Assembly (NCBI RefSeq): GCF_009914755.1
Contig: NC_060934.1
Strand: one strand, 5' to 3'
Length of the DNA stretch: 64,000 bases
DNA from: the human T2T-CHM13v2.0 reference genome, Homo sapiens
Part shown: positions 28,634-45,441 of the stretch, one piece after another
Position numbering within the stretch: position 1 is the stretch's first letter
Layout of the letters: each line of letters begins with the position of its first letter
Translations under genes and position numbers: made by a program
Notes under the pieces: model-generated
Told to the model about the DNA's origin: nothing
The model's input: the letters and a program-made list of their open reading frames with translations, nothing else
Database searches by the model: none

Positions 28634-28853
28634 CAGTGTCGGTAAATTACAGCCCAAGAGATGAATCTGGACTGCCGCCTGATTTTGTCACACAGTCATG
28701 CTAATTCATGCTTATTCTTGCTTACTCAAGCTGTCTGTGGCAGTGTTTGCCCTACAGTGGCAGAATTGATAGTTGTGATAGAAACCATATGGCATACAGA
28801 GCCTAAAGCATTTACTATCTGGCCCTTCACAGGAAAAAGTTTTGCCAGCCCTG
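28634..28853 (+). mobile_element. MER58A hAT-Charlie element
   Basis: Termini cagtgtcggtaaa / tttgccagccctg; 'gcctaaagcatttactatctggcccttcacag'. Confidence 0.85.
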
Positions 28854-29459
28854 CTTTAAAGGATTGATCATATTTACATTTTGCTTTTGGAAAATCCATA
28901 TGTGGTGGACACAGCAGTAGAGAGGGGGCTAACGTGTTTGGCCACTTGCCCTTCACTGTTTTTCAAATAGAAACTAAACAATGTACTAAAGCCAGCTGTA
29001 ACGGCAATGCTGTCTTGTATCTCTACAAGAATAATTCTAAATGCAAGAGACCATACTGTGAAACCATTTCTTGCCCTAAAAAAATTCTGAACTACAAGAG
29101 GGAACAATTCAAGAAGAAAACAGTGTTAAGGTACGCTAATACAATTTGCAGGTAATTGTAAATTACTGATTTGGGCAATAAATAATTGTGGTCTCTATAT
29201 GTATATACACACACACACATAAACACATAAACATACACGGCACTACTTACTTTGTATGAACTGGCTGCTTGCCTTCTGGAAGGATATGTATCACTGGGAT
29301 GCCAACCAGGAGCATCTTGTCTGATGCTGATATGTGTTTGTCTATGTATAAATTATTAGTAATCTTAAAATTGTGTTTCATATCCTTTTCCAATAAAATT
29401 TAGTTTCAGAAATCTCATTAAGCACACAAAACTGAATAAGGTTCACGATTTTTATAATT

Positions 29460-29585
29460 AGGTATATAGGTATAGTTAGATAAATATATACATGAAAATA
29501 TACACATAAATATAGATATGATACAGATATAGAGATGCATACATATATAATTATATATATTAATTTTATATATATATATTTATTA
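29460..29585. repeat. Degenerate TA-rich low-complexity tract
   Basis: Directly visible. Confidence 0.8.
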
Positions 29586-30519
29586 AGCCAGTATTTGTCT
29601 ACATGATTACTGTAGTGAGGGGACATCCATCCGGATCAGCTAGGTGTTTGCCCACAAATTGGGTGCATTCATTTCCTTTTCTCTTTCTTTTTTTCTCAGC
29701 ACTGCTTGGTTTCTGATAGTATACTTCGATCAGGCAGTAAGCTCAACAGCAGGTTGATGCAAATTTACATGGATAATTCTGAGATCCAGAAATGGTATAC
29801 TGAGGGGCCAGGCTATGTGGGCAGCTCCTCCCCTGTGGTTTTTCTTGTTCAAAAGCCTCTAAGCCTACTGATTTCTGCAGTTAACTCTTTTGTTTGACTA
29901 GGATGACGGCGTCCCTTCTGGTCGACTGCTGCCACAACATGAGAGAAATGCCCAGCTTAGGACTGCTTCCAGTGACTGAGGTTGCAGTTCCAACCACGCA
30001 CATGAGCTGCCCCAAAGGAGCTACTCACCTGAGTGACAGCACAGCAGTGCTGTCGGGGATTTCAAGTGTCCTTCTTTCCATCTGCCCTCTCCTTTAACTC
30101 TTGCCTCTCAAGACTAAAAACTGTACCAAGATTCTCCAAGAATCTTCTCTATTAATTCCTGGCAAGTTGGAGGTGTAAATGAGACCCTGGTTAAAGTTAC
30201 CCCTCTAATAGCTCTCTGTTATATGTGGAGAAAATGTTTAATGTTTTGACATCAAACATCTAGTGATGATATAAAAATTTCCTTTTGAATATATGTGGAG
30301 TTTAATGGTGGTGGGTTAGGGAGACATCTAATTAGGTGCTTCTCTTATGTTTTCATTCTACAATATAGTTTTTAATTGAAAAGTTTCCTCCTATACCTAT
30401 TATGGAAGCCCAATAATTTTCAAAGCATAATCTCAAATGGGAACACAAATTTAAATACTCACAATTTAAATTTTGTGAAAGGAAAAAAAATAAAATTAAA
30501 ATTAAAAAATGGTCCTTTA

Positions 30520-30940
30520 TGTCAGGCCTCTGAGCCCAAGCCTGCACATATGCATCCAGATGGCCTGGAGCAACTGAGAAACGACAGGAGAGGTGAAAAT
30601 AGCCAGTTCCTGCCTCGACTGATGACATTCCACCATTGTGATTTGTTCCTGCCCCACCCTAACTGATCAACTGACCCTGTGACATTCCTTCTCCTGGACA
30701 ATGAGTATCAGAAGCTCCTCACCTAGCACCTTGTAACCCCAGCCCCTGCCCACAAGAGGAAAACCCCTTTGACTGTAATTTTCCACTACCTACCCAAATC
30801 CTATAAAACTGCCCCACCCTTATCTCCCTTTGTTTTTGACTCCTTTTTCGGACTCAGCACGCCTGCACCCAGGTGATTAAAAAGCTTTATTGCTCACACA
30901 AAGCCTGTTTGGTTGTTTCTTCACATGGATGCGTGTGACA
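30520..30940 (+). mobile_element. LTR7-family (HERV-H) solo LTR, LTR7C-like
   Basis: Starts TGTCAGGCCTCTGAGCCCAAG, ends GTGACA; perfect 5-bp TSD CTTTA; TATAAAA at 30802; ATTAAA at 30876. Confidence 0.95.
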
Positions 30941-31479
30941 CTTTAGAGACTTTCTCTAATTTCTACTGATAATGCATGGTGATCTCTTTTTTGAAAACCA
31001 GTTTGTGGGTTAATAGTTTGACTATATGGAGGACTGTGAGAAATAAAGAGAAAATGTATTTTCTTGTGATTCAGTATTGCTGGTAGCTATTTTAACAGTT
31101 CATATTTGTATTTTGTGTTTCTTTAATTTATTGGTGTGACAAATAACTCATTTATACTCATTTATATTGATTTTAATATATCATGAATAAAGTATTTATA
31201 TTCCAGGCATTTCATTTTCTGTAATTTCAATATTCAAATGTTTGTTTGTTCTTAGAAATAGTTTTTATTTTTAATTTAGTAGATCCTAGGTGATGTAGAT
31301 GAGCATTTACCTAGAAACACAAACATCCACAAACATACTTATGCATACTCACTAAAAAACAAAAATATTCAGTGCCACCAGGTGTATGTCTGAAAACTGG
31401 GTGTCTGCATCCTTCCTGATTTGCAGGTAAAATTTAATGATGATAATGATAATGAGAACAATTTGAATTCTATTTCTTA

Positions 31480-31705
31480 AGCTTTGCTATGAACCAACAC
31501 CATGTTAGGTGCTTTGCATATATTTTCTTATGCTTTCTTCAGCTTACCTTGTTAGATAATGTTCCTCTTCCTCATTTTCAGATGATTTGATAGAGATTTG
31601 GAGAGCTTATATGACTTGTTTGAGGTCACTTACCTGGAAAGTGGCAGAATTAAGATTTCAAACAAGGTCTGCCATTCTCTAAAACACAAACTCTGAGTTA
31701 CTACA
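31480..31705 (-). mobile_element. MIR
   Basis: 'gttaggtgctttgcatata...cattttcagatga...ggtcac...aagtggcagaattaagatttcaaac'. Confidence 0.75.
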
Positions 31706-32094
31706 GTATGTAATTTTCCCAAGTTAAAAATTTACCACAAAGAGATTTCCCTCCAATTTTTTAGGCACCAACTCTTCCATAAGACCAAAAAACCTGTAGT
31801 TTCTCTCCACTGCCATCACTGCAATACATCAGTAGTGTACAATCTTTACCATTCAGAAGGTTTCACATCTCAAATCCATCACATTTTATTTTATTCCCAT
31901 TCACTTTAACCTTTTTTCTTTCTTTTATCAAAAATGTTCAGAATTCCATAACTATATGATGCCTTATAAGTGCCATTTGACTTTAAAACTTCAAATTACC
32001 ACATTATTATTCATCTGTGGGCATGGCCCCTAGCATAGAAAAAATAGCAGGCAGAAGTTGAGGTCCCACTAACCTGGGAGATCATCTTTGATTT

Positions 32095-32249
32095 TTGATT
32101 TAATATTTGTTAAAAGATGAACCAAACTGGAATGTCAGTAGGTACATTGAGCACTGCTTCATACTTGATTTAATATTTGTTAAATATTAAAAATATTAAA
32201 TATGTTAAATATTAAAAATATTAAATAGTTAACAAATATTAAATCAAGT
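32095..32249. repeat. AT-rich inverted repeat (21-bp perfect arms) with internal direct repeats
   Basis: 32163-32183 is the exact reverse complement of 32229-32249. Confidence 0.95.
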
Positions 32250-32370
32250 CCAGCTTCTCCAGGACTTTTGTCACTGAGATTCAGAAATATGATTTTTCTC
32301 AGTGTTCTCAGTGGAGTAGCGGGAATAGAAATGTTTGCCCTATTCAGGGATGGAGGAATCTTTTGCAACT

Positions 32371-32654
<284 letters not shown>

Positions 32655-33039
32655 TTGCAACTTTTATCCAACAATAGGATCAAAAGCTGAACAGAAGGTG
32701 TTCTTGACCTTAATAAACCTTGCCTACAACCCTTGAAGCTGTGCAAAATTTGACTAATGAGACAGCTAAATGGGCACCAGGACCTTGTAAGTCCTCCGCT
32801 GCCAAATGATGTGTAATTACTGGCTCTAGGAGCATAAGCTTCCTCAGAACCTTGAAGAAAGGCTGCCTGTGCTCCAGGAGGCAGAGAAGCAGAATGAACG
32901 TGTGCTTTTAACCACTGTATTTTGCTGTGTTCTGATTGCTACTTTCATAAGATGTATTAGTCCTTTCTTTGAAATATTCAAATTTTAAGGAATAAAGATC
33001 TGATCTACAAGTAGGGATGACCACATCTTTTCTTTTTTC

Positions 33040-35660
33040 TTGGCCAGATTTATTATGTTATAATTTATATAATAAAATTTAAATTTGTGCTCGAATTTAA
33101 TTTGATGAGTGTTGACAAGCGTCTATAGTCATATAAAGACTACTACCACAGTAAAAATATAGAATATTTCTATCACTCCAAAAAATCTTCTCCTCCATTT
33201 TGTGATGAATTCACTTCCCTGCCCCTTGGCTCATAGCAACCACTGTTCTGAAGTCTGTTCCAATAGTTTGGTCTTTTCCAGAATGTCATCTACATGCAAT
33301 TATATAATACGTACTCTTTGTATAAAGTTTTTTATTTGGGGATTTATCCATATTTATGCATGTGTTAATAGTCTGTGATTTTTTGAACCATATTTTATTA
33401 CATTGGTGTACCATCATCTGTTTGTCCATTAGCCAGTAGATGGACATTTGAGCTGTTTTTAATTTTGGGCTATTATGAATAAAGCTATTATAAACTTTCC
33501 AGTAGAGGTTTTATGTGGTCAAATGTTTTCATTTTTCTTGGCTTCAGATTGATTTGTACTATGCCTTTCTTCATAAGAAACTGCCAATTTTCAAAGTGTC
33601 TGTACCATTTTGCATTTCCAAGAGTTATATATGAGTTCCAGTTGTTTCTCATCCTTGTCAACATTTGGTATTGTCAGTTTTTTCAAGTTGAGCCATTCTA
33701 TTGGCATGTACATCCACATGGTTTTAATTTATATTTCTCTAAAAACAAATGATGTTGAATGTCTTTTCATGTACTTATTTGCTATCCATTTGTCTCCTTT
33801 GGTGAAAGGGGTGTCTGTTGAAATCTTTTGTCCATTTTTAAAATTAGATTGTATGTTTTCTTATTATTAAATTGTTAGAGTTCTTTATATACTTTCTGAT
33901 AAAGTCCTTTGTCAGATAACTGTTTGCAAATGTTTTCTCTCACTTTTTGGCTTAACACTTTTTTTCAACACTGTCTTTCAACAGGCCTACATTCTATATT
34001 ATTTTAAAGTACAATTTATCAATTTCTCTTTTATGATTTGCACCTTTTGAGTTCTAAGCTAAGAAATTCTTACTAAGCCCAAGGGCACAAAATTTTTCTT
34101 TTAAAAGTTACATAATTTTATCTTTTGCGTTTAGATCAATGAGGGGTCTTACAAAATTTCATAGAAAATGACTATTATGAAAAAATCTATGCATGAATTT
34201 TAAATTTTTTTCATACCAAAATAAGCTCATACTAACTTTTTATAACATGTCTTAACAGGATCTAGTTTGAGGAACTAAGAAGTTTAAGACATTAGTTAAA
34301 AGAGCCCCATCAGAGCAACATAAATTCTGCTAAAATTAAAACAAAAACAAATACCAAATATATGGTGAAATTTGGGTGGAAGAATAGTGACTCATTGATG
34401 CTTTATGAAAAATTTATGGGGACAATGCCCAGAGAAATTAGCAGTTTACAAATATACAACTTATTTTAAGAAGGGACAAGACAAGGTTAAAGATGGAGCC
34501 CACAGAAGCAGACAATTGACATCAATTTGCAAGGAAAAAATCCATTTTGTTTGGCCCTAGTTGAAGAACAATGATTAACAGCAAAAACAATAGCCAGCAC
34601 CATAGACACCTCAATTGTTTCAGTTTACAAAATTCTAACTAAAAAATTAAAATTGGGCAAACTTTCCACTTGATGGGTGCCAAAACTGTTGTGCCAGATC
34701 AGCTACAGTCAAGAGCTGAGCTTTCCATGAAAATTGCAAAGAAGTGAGATCAAGATCCTGAGACATTTCTTTAAAGAATTGTTAACAGGAGATGATACAT
34801 GGTGTTATCAGTACAATCCTGAAGATAAAGCACAGTCAAAGCCATGGCTACCAAGAGATGGAAGTGGTTGAGTTAAAGTAAAAGCAGACTCATCAAGGGC
34901 AAAGATCATGGTAACCTTTTTTTTTTTTTTTTTTTTTTCGATTCTCGAAGTATTTTGCTTGTTGACTTTCTGGAGGACCAAAGAATGATAACATCTGCTT
35001 ATTATGAGCATGTTTTGAGAAAGTTAGGCAAAGTTTTAGGAGAAAAATGCCCCAGAAAACTTCACCAGAGTCATTTTACATCATGACAATTCTCCTGTTT
35101 ATTCTTCTCCCCAAGCAAGGTCAATTATGTGAGAGTTTTGATATGAAATTATCAGTAATCCACCTTAAGTCCCCATTTAGCTCCTTCTGACTTCTTTTTG
35201 TTTCCCAATTTAAAAACAATCTTTGAAGGGTACCCATTTTTTCTTCAGTTAATAATGTAAAAAAGAATGTCTTAAATTTGATTGTGCTTATGTCAAGAAA
35301 GTTTTTAATTTTATCTTTTAATTCCATTTTTCCATGAATTTTTGAAGTCCCCTTGTACAATCTATTTTAAGTTAAATTTTTATGTTGTGATAAAGGTTAT
35401 GTTGTGCTGAGGTTTACATTTTACATATATATGTTTAGTTGTTCCAGCACCATTTGTTGGCTATCCTTTCTAAATTAAATTACCTTAGAACCCATGCTGC
35501 AAATGACTTAACATATTTTATGGGCCTATTTCTAATATTTTCTGTATTATGTTCCATTCATCTGTATATTTATAAACAGAAAAAACACACCTGCTCAATT
35601 ACTATGGATTTATAATTAATTTTGAAATAAGGTAATGTCAATCTTCCAGATTTGTTCTTT
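33040..35660 (-). mobile_element. Old L1M 3' end and ORF2 C-terminal region, interrupted by HSMAR2
   Basis: 'atagaatatttctatcactcc', 'gatggacatttg', 'aatgatgttgaatgtcttttcatgtacttattt'. Confidence 0.8.
34140..35355 (+). mobile_element. HSMAR2 mariner DNA transposon, near full length, dead transposase
   Basis: TIRs tgaggggtcttacaaaatttcatagaaaatg / cattttttccatgaatttttgaagtccccttg + TA; WVPKLL (~34674), TGD(D)TW, HHDN and LAPSDFFLFPNLK motifs readable. Confidence 0.95.
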
Positions 35661-39950
<4,290 letters not shown>

Positions 39951-40019
39951 AGAGTTGTTCTTTTTAACAACAGTTTTTGCTTATTTGTTTATTTGATTAT
40001 TTCTTTATTTTTGTAGCTA

Positions 40020-40290
40020 AGCTGACATAATACCTAAATGCAATGTGGAATGCTGGATTGAGTCCTGAAACAAACAACAGGGACACTATTTAAACATTCT
40101 GGTGAAATCTAAATAAAGTCTACAGTTTAGATAATAATGTTGTACCAACGTTAATTTCTTAGTTTGATTAATGGCTATACAGGATATTAATAAAGTCATG
40201 TAAAATAGGTGATTTGTAATAGGAAATTTTTATGATTTACACAACTCTTCTGTTAATTTTAAATTGTATCAAAATGATAAGTTTTAAGAA
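40020..40290 (+). mobile_element. Old L1M (L1MC/MD-type) 3' end
   Basis: 'ctaaatgcaatgtgg...ggtgaaatctaaataaagtct...gtaccaacgttaatttcttag'. Confidence 0.7.
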
Positions 40291-40309
40291 ACAATATTGT
40301 ATACTTAAA

Positions 40310-42869
40310 AGGTAGAAATTGGTTCCAACTTTAGTGATTTAAATGTGATACAAATGGTAGTCTCCATGATAGTTCCATTCAATTCACTATCTGGCACTAA
40401 CAAAAATCAGATCGATTGTTCCAGTTAATGATGCACTACTCTAAACATAACTAAATAGTAGCTCCAATTACAACTACTTTGCCAAACATGATGTCTTTGC
40501 TAGAACTGATTAACACAATCACAGGGACACGGTATGTAGCCCTTGATTGAGGAAATGCATTAAATTTCCAATCTTTTGAGAATGGAGAATAAGAAATAAT
40601 TCATTCCAATGTGGGATGAAAATAGTGTACCTTACAGTCTTGTCCTAAGTTATATATTAACTTTTCCATCTTATGTCAAAAAATATTCTGGAGGGACACA
40701 TTTACTAAATGCCTCAATAGGAAAATCATAGTTAGACTTCCATGGAAGTTCCTGCCTTGCAGTGGGAAACTAGACACCATTTGACAAAGTGCTACTAATT
40801 TGCTGTTGCATTGTGATAGAGGGTCTGGCTATGGACATCATTTGATCATTTGGCCATAGCTACAGTCTGTCAAACTCATGAAGTCATAGGTTGGGCCACT
40901 TCAACAATTCATTGTAATATAGAAGTGGTAAGTCCAGGTATAACATAAATACGGTGGCATAGCTGCATGAGCAGATAGCCCAGACCTTCTCATCATTTAC
41001 TAATGTTGTGTTGGTACCTTTCCCTCAATTCATGCCTATGGGGGGATTCCTTTTGACTATCTGATAGAGGAGAAAAAGGCCAAACTTCAGATATATGTCT
41101 ATCCACGTTGTGTGAAGGGAGAAGCAGTGCAAGATAAGAATGCAAATGGACAAATAAGCAATGGCAAATGATTGGCTGGCTTTCTGTGGGCCTAGAAGGA
41201 GAACAGTTAAAAGATTAATGATAAAGGGATCTGGAAAAGATACATATGGATGCATGAATGGAATTTGTATTAGTCTGTTCTTACACTGCTATAAAGAACT
41301 ACCTGAGACTGGGTAATTTATGAAGAAAAGAAGTTTAATTGATCCATAGTTCCACAGGCTGTACAGGAGGCATGGCTGGGGAGGCCTCAGGAAACACAAT
41401 CATGGAGGAAGGTGAAGGGGAAGGAGGCACGTCTTCACGTGGCAGCAGGAGAGAGAGAGAGGGAAGGGGACATGCTACACACTTGTAAATAATCAGATCT
41501 CTTGAGAACTCACTCACTAGCATGAGAACAGCAAGGGGGAAATCTGCCCCCATAAGCCATTCACCTCCCACCAGGTCCCTCCCTCAGCATTGGGGATTAC
41601 AATTCAACATGAGATTTGGGTGGGGACACAGAGCCAGATCATATTAGAAGTAGTCACAAAGTTTGAAGACTTTGTAATGTATATTAATGTCTATCAGAAA
41701 GCATGAACAATAGAATGAATACTGAAATACACAGTAGTCCAAGTAACTAATTATTTGGCTTCAGTCAGCCCTTGTGTTCTACCACCCATTTCTAATATGA
41801 TGAACTCAGAAATGCAGTAGCCATAGTGTCAGAGATGGAAGCTGAGCATGGTCCCTAAAGCATGTGTTTCCATTCACTAAGACTGATCTAGCTACTGCTT
41901 CTGATGAATGTCTAACTTGCCACAACACAAACTAACACTCTACACTCCAAGAAGATGTTATTCACCAGAAATGGCAATCTTAGTACATTAGATCTCTTCT
42001 ACCTTAGAAAGTAGCTGTTCATCTTGACTGGAATTAACATATATTCTGCATATGAATTTTCCTTTCCTGCCCACAGGGCCTCAGATAGCACACTTCTAAG
42101 AATATTCAGAATATTTGATGTATCTGCATCAACAATGAATTTTGCATAACAACAGAGCAGACCAAGGGATCAACTTTTACCAAAGGAGATGTGTTGGTGG
42201 ACATATGATCATGGGTGTCATATTACATATGATGCCACCCCAAAACTGCTGCCCTAATGCAGCAAGGGACTAGCCTCTTAAAGACACAGCTGAGATACAG
42301 CTTGGAAATGGTGGCATGTAAAATTTCTAGTAGGTGGAATAAATAAATCCAGAAACTACGGAGGTAGAAGTAGTAGCAGCTTGTAATTACGGTTAATCCC
42401 AATAACTTAGGTAGGAAATTTGTGCTTCCATTCTCTACGACCTTAGAATCTGGGGATTGAGAGATTCTTGTTCCCAGAGGAGTAACACTTCTGCCGGGTC
42501 CCAGAGTTAGAATCCTCTTTAATTTTATTTTCAGGCTTTTTCTTGCTCACTTCAAGTTCTTTGCACTAAGAGACCAGGGAGAAAGAGAGAAGTCAACATT
42601 CGGCCTGGGGTAATACACCCAGATCATCACTGGGTACTAGGGCTAACAGGAGTAAGAATGAATAAATTCAGTGCCCAGATGATCCATTTAGGAGTCTTTT
42701 GGTAATTCTTTACTCAATGTTTATGGTAACTGAACAAGTACAGCAAAGCCTGCTAAAAAATTTTCATTTTCTAATTTACCCAAGGAAAAGTGATCAACTG
42801 GAATTCTGGAAGAACTTTTCTTAGACGAATGCACTTACTACACAAACTCGAGTGACCCATGTTGTGGAC
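40310..42869 (+). mobile_element. ERV-L class internal region (ERV3-16A3-like): degraded RT, integrase and dUTPase
   Basis: Manual translation gives PFNS.IW, VAPITTTLPNMMSLLELINTITGTRYVALD (RT); PFTKTDLATASDECLTC, FILTGINIYSAYEFSFPA, DQG (integrase); GVIHPDH (dUTPase motif 3, GVIDPDY). Confidence 0.9.
41266..41646 (-). mobile_element. MSTA MaLR solo LTR inserted in ERV-L pol
   Basis: tgtattagtc...catatta; 'cacaggctgtacaggaggcatggc'; TSD gaatt/gaagt. Confidence 0.92.
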
Positions 42870-43448
42870 GATAGTGTATGTCATATTTCACTGCCCTAAT
42901 CTCTCCTTTCATGACTGAGATACTCATTCCTCTAGCTTCTAGGACTGCTGCCTACTAATGGCTCACAGCTGACTACCTCTCCAGACATTAACTTTTGCTG
43001 AAGGAAACCACCTCAACCAAGGATACTTCTAATATTTTGATAATTACACTGGCTGTTCAAAAGTAAGCCCTTATGTAAATGTTTCTACCATGGCCTAGTT
43101 TAAGGTATCAATAATTTAACAACCAGGTAGCGAAATACTGGGTATTTAATAATTGGCTCTCTTGAGCCAGTATAAACAGGTTCCAATACTCCACTGACTT
43201 ACAGGCTTACATTACTCTCTTTGGGAGCAGTCTGTATCCAGTGACTACTCAATTCAGGGGTACTGGAACAAATATGAAGGTCTAATCCAGCTCTAGAATC
43301 CCGCTGCTACATTCCTTCAGGTTAACCTATTCTCTGCCCAATCTTCCTTCTCTGCCTCTTACAGGTAATTTTGCGGAAAATATTTATAAACTCATTGAAC
43401 ATAAATCTTCATCTCTGAGTGTGCGTTCAGGTTCCCAGACCTAGGACA
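42870..43448 (+). mobile_element. LTR16-family 3' LTR of the ERV-L remnant
   Basis: Follows the internal region after 'gtggac'; ends 'ctctgagtgtgcgttcaggttcccagacctaggaca'. Confidence 0.75.
43030..43196 (-). mobile_element. MER63-type hAT fragment inside LTR16
   Basis: 'aatttaacaacc...ttggctctcttgagccagtataaacaggttccaatactccactg' resembles the MER63 terminus. Confidence 0.65.
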
Positions 43449-43681
43449 CAGTAACCACTGAATAAATCCCCATGATCTTCTCTCATTAAACACTTATTTC
43501 TGGCAATTAAACTTATTTTTGAGGAAGCAAAAAGTGAATGATTGTAATAGATTTTCCACATGCTCTAAGTACCAGTAAAGAGTCAAACAGAATTAATTAA
43601 AAAGGCAACAGACAAAAATTTTAGATATGCAAATGCACTGTGCCCATATAGTAGACATGTTCTCATTTAAGACTTGGGATG

Positions 43682-44064
43682 TGATATGGTTTGGCTCTGT
43701 GTCCCCACTCAAATCTCATCTAGAACTGTAATGGCCATAATATCCAAGTGTTGACAGAGGGACCTGGTGGGAGGTGATTGGATCCTGGGGGCAATTTCCC
43801 CCATGCTTTTCTCATGATAGTGCATGAGTTCTCACGAGATCTGACGGTTTTGTAAGTGTTTGACAGTTCCTCCTTCACATGCTCTTCTCTCTCCTGCCTC
43901 CATGTAAAGAAGGTCCTTGCTTCCCCTTTGCTTTCCATCATGATTGTAAGTTTCCTGAGGCCTCCCCAGCCCTGCAGAGCTGTGAGTCAAGTAAACCTTT
44001 TTTCTTTATAAATTACCCAGTCTCAGGCAGTATCTTTATAGCAGTGTGACAACAGACTACCACA
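43682..44064 (+). mobile_element. THE1D-like MaLR solo LTR
   Basis: tgatatggtttggctctgtgtcccca...gactaccaca; TSD ggatg/ggata. Confidence 0.93.
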
Positions 44065-44701
44065 GGATATTACCCAGACAAAGTTACATTTCCTTTTCTA
44101 TGCAGGCTTACATAAAAAGATATTTAAAAATGTATTCTGAACCCACAATTTTGGAAATGCAAGCAGCATAGTCTAAAATGGAATTTTTGATCTGGTCAGT
44201 ATGTTTTTTTCACAACAATGTAATAAACAGTTTTATAGAATCTTCATTCCAAAATTCTAAGGGAGTCTAACAAAATAAATAACTTCTCCCGTGTTCTACA
44301 TCCATCAATAATAGCCTAATTTTTCCAGTATGCTATGAAATGAGAGAGTATTAAGTCTTTTTCAAAGCATTTGACTGCCAAGTAAGGAAGAATATTGTCA
44401 AATGCTCGATTATTAATCTCAAACTTCAGCTACATAGTATTTCTAAATGTGACATTAAATAATTTCTGAGGAAAATACATTTTATACTCATTGGCTTTGA
44501 ATAGATACCTTTTAACTTCTCATTATTTAAAAATATCCCCAGGATATTATATCCAGAAAAAAACGCACTATTGAAAACAATTTCACAACATTCAGATATA
44601 TAAAATAATTTTTGAAAAACACGAATAACGCTAAAAGTAAAACTTAAATTATTCTGTAAGTCCCTAATAAGCCCATTCCTCACAAATGTTTCTTGCATAT
44701 A

Positions 44702-44908
44702 CAGTAAGTCCCCACTTAGCATTGTTCATACATCCTTGGATCCTGCATCTTTAGCTAAATGATGTATAATGGAACCAATTTATTTCTCATCAGAATTATA
44801 ACAAAAAACAATATTGAATGAAACGATATTAGAGAATCTGCTATAATCATTTTGCTTAAACCTGCATTTTCCAAGAATCTATGAATGATGTTAAACGCGG
44901 ACTTACTG
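44702..44908. mobile_element. MER6B-like Tigger-family MITE
   Basis: TIRs cagtaagtcc / ggacttactg with TA on both sides; 207 bp. Confidence 0.8.
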
Positions 44909-45149
44909 TAATTCTAAAGGCATAGGTGCATATTTTGATAAAATGATTTTACCAACCTTAGAAAACTGATTTTGTAATGCACTAATTTGAAGAGAAAGGA
45001 AGATATCTTTAAAAGTATGGTAAACCTAGTTTTAAAATAATTCTGAAAATTTTTTACACTTCACAATGCTTATGCAAGCATCTGAGATTCTGTCTTGTCA
45101 AAGAGAATGAAAACCTAAAACTACCACAAGTAGGGAATAAGGAAGAGGA

Positions 45150-45315
45150 AAAATAACAACAATTGAGACTCTATTATGTTGCAGACACTATATTATATAC
45201 ATTACTGATGCTACTTCATTAATTTTCTCCCAGATCAGTGTAGGCTGTTCTTATCTCTAGTTGATGGATTGGGAAACTAAATGCCAGTAATTTGCCAAAG
45301 TCATATAGCTGTATC
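45150..45315 (-). mobile_element. MIR
   Basis: 'ctattatgttgcagacact...gggaaactaa...taatttgccaaagtcatatagct'. Confidence 0.6.
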
Positions 45316-45441
45316 TTCTCCTCCCCTGGCTCCTCATACTTAAACACAGGCAGGCCATGGGTGTAAGTTTTCTGACACCATGCTTCTCTATGTGCATCCA
45401 CTCTCTAGAAGGTCACCCCAGACCAATGGCTTTAAATACAT

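Noticed and set aside
43961-43973. PRDM9 hotspot motif in the THE1 LTR
   Set aside because: CCTCCCCAGCCCT misses positions 7 and 13 of CCNCCNTNNCCNC.
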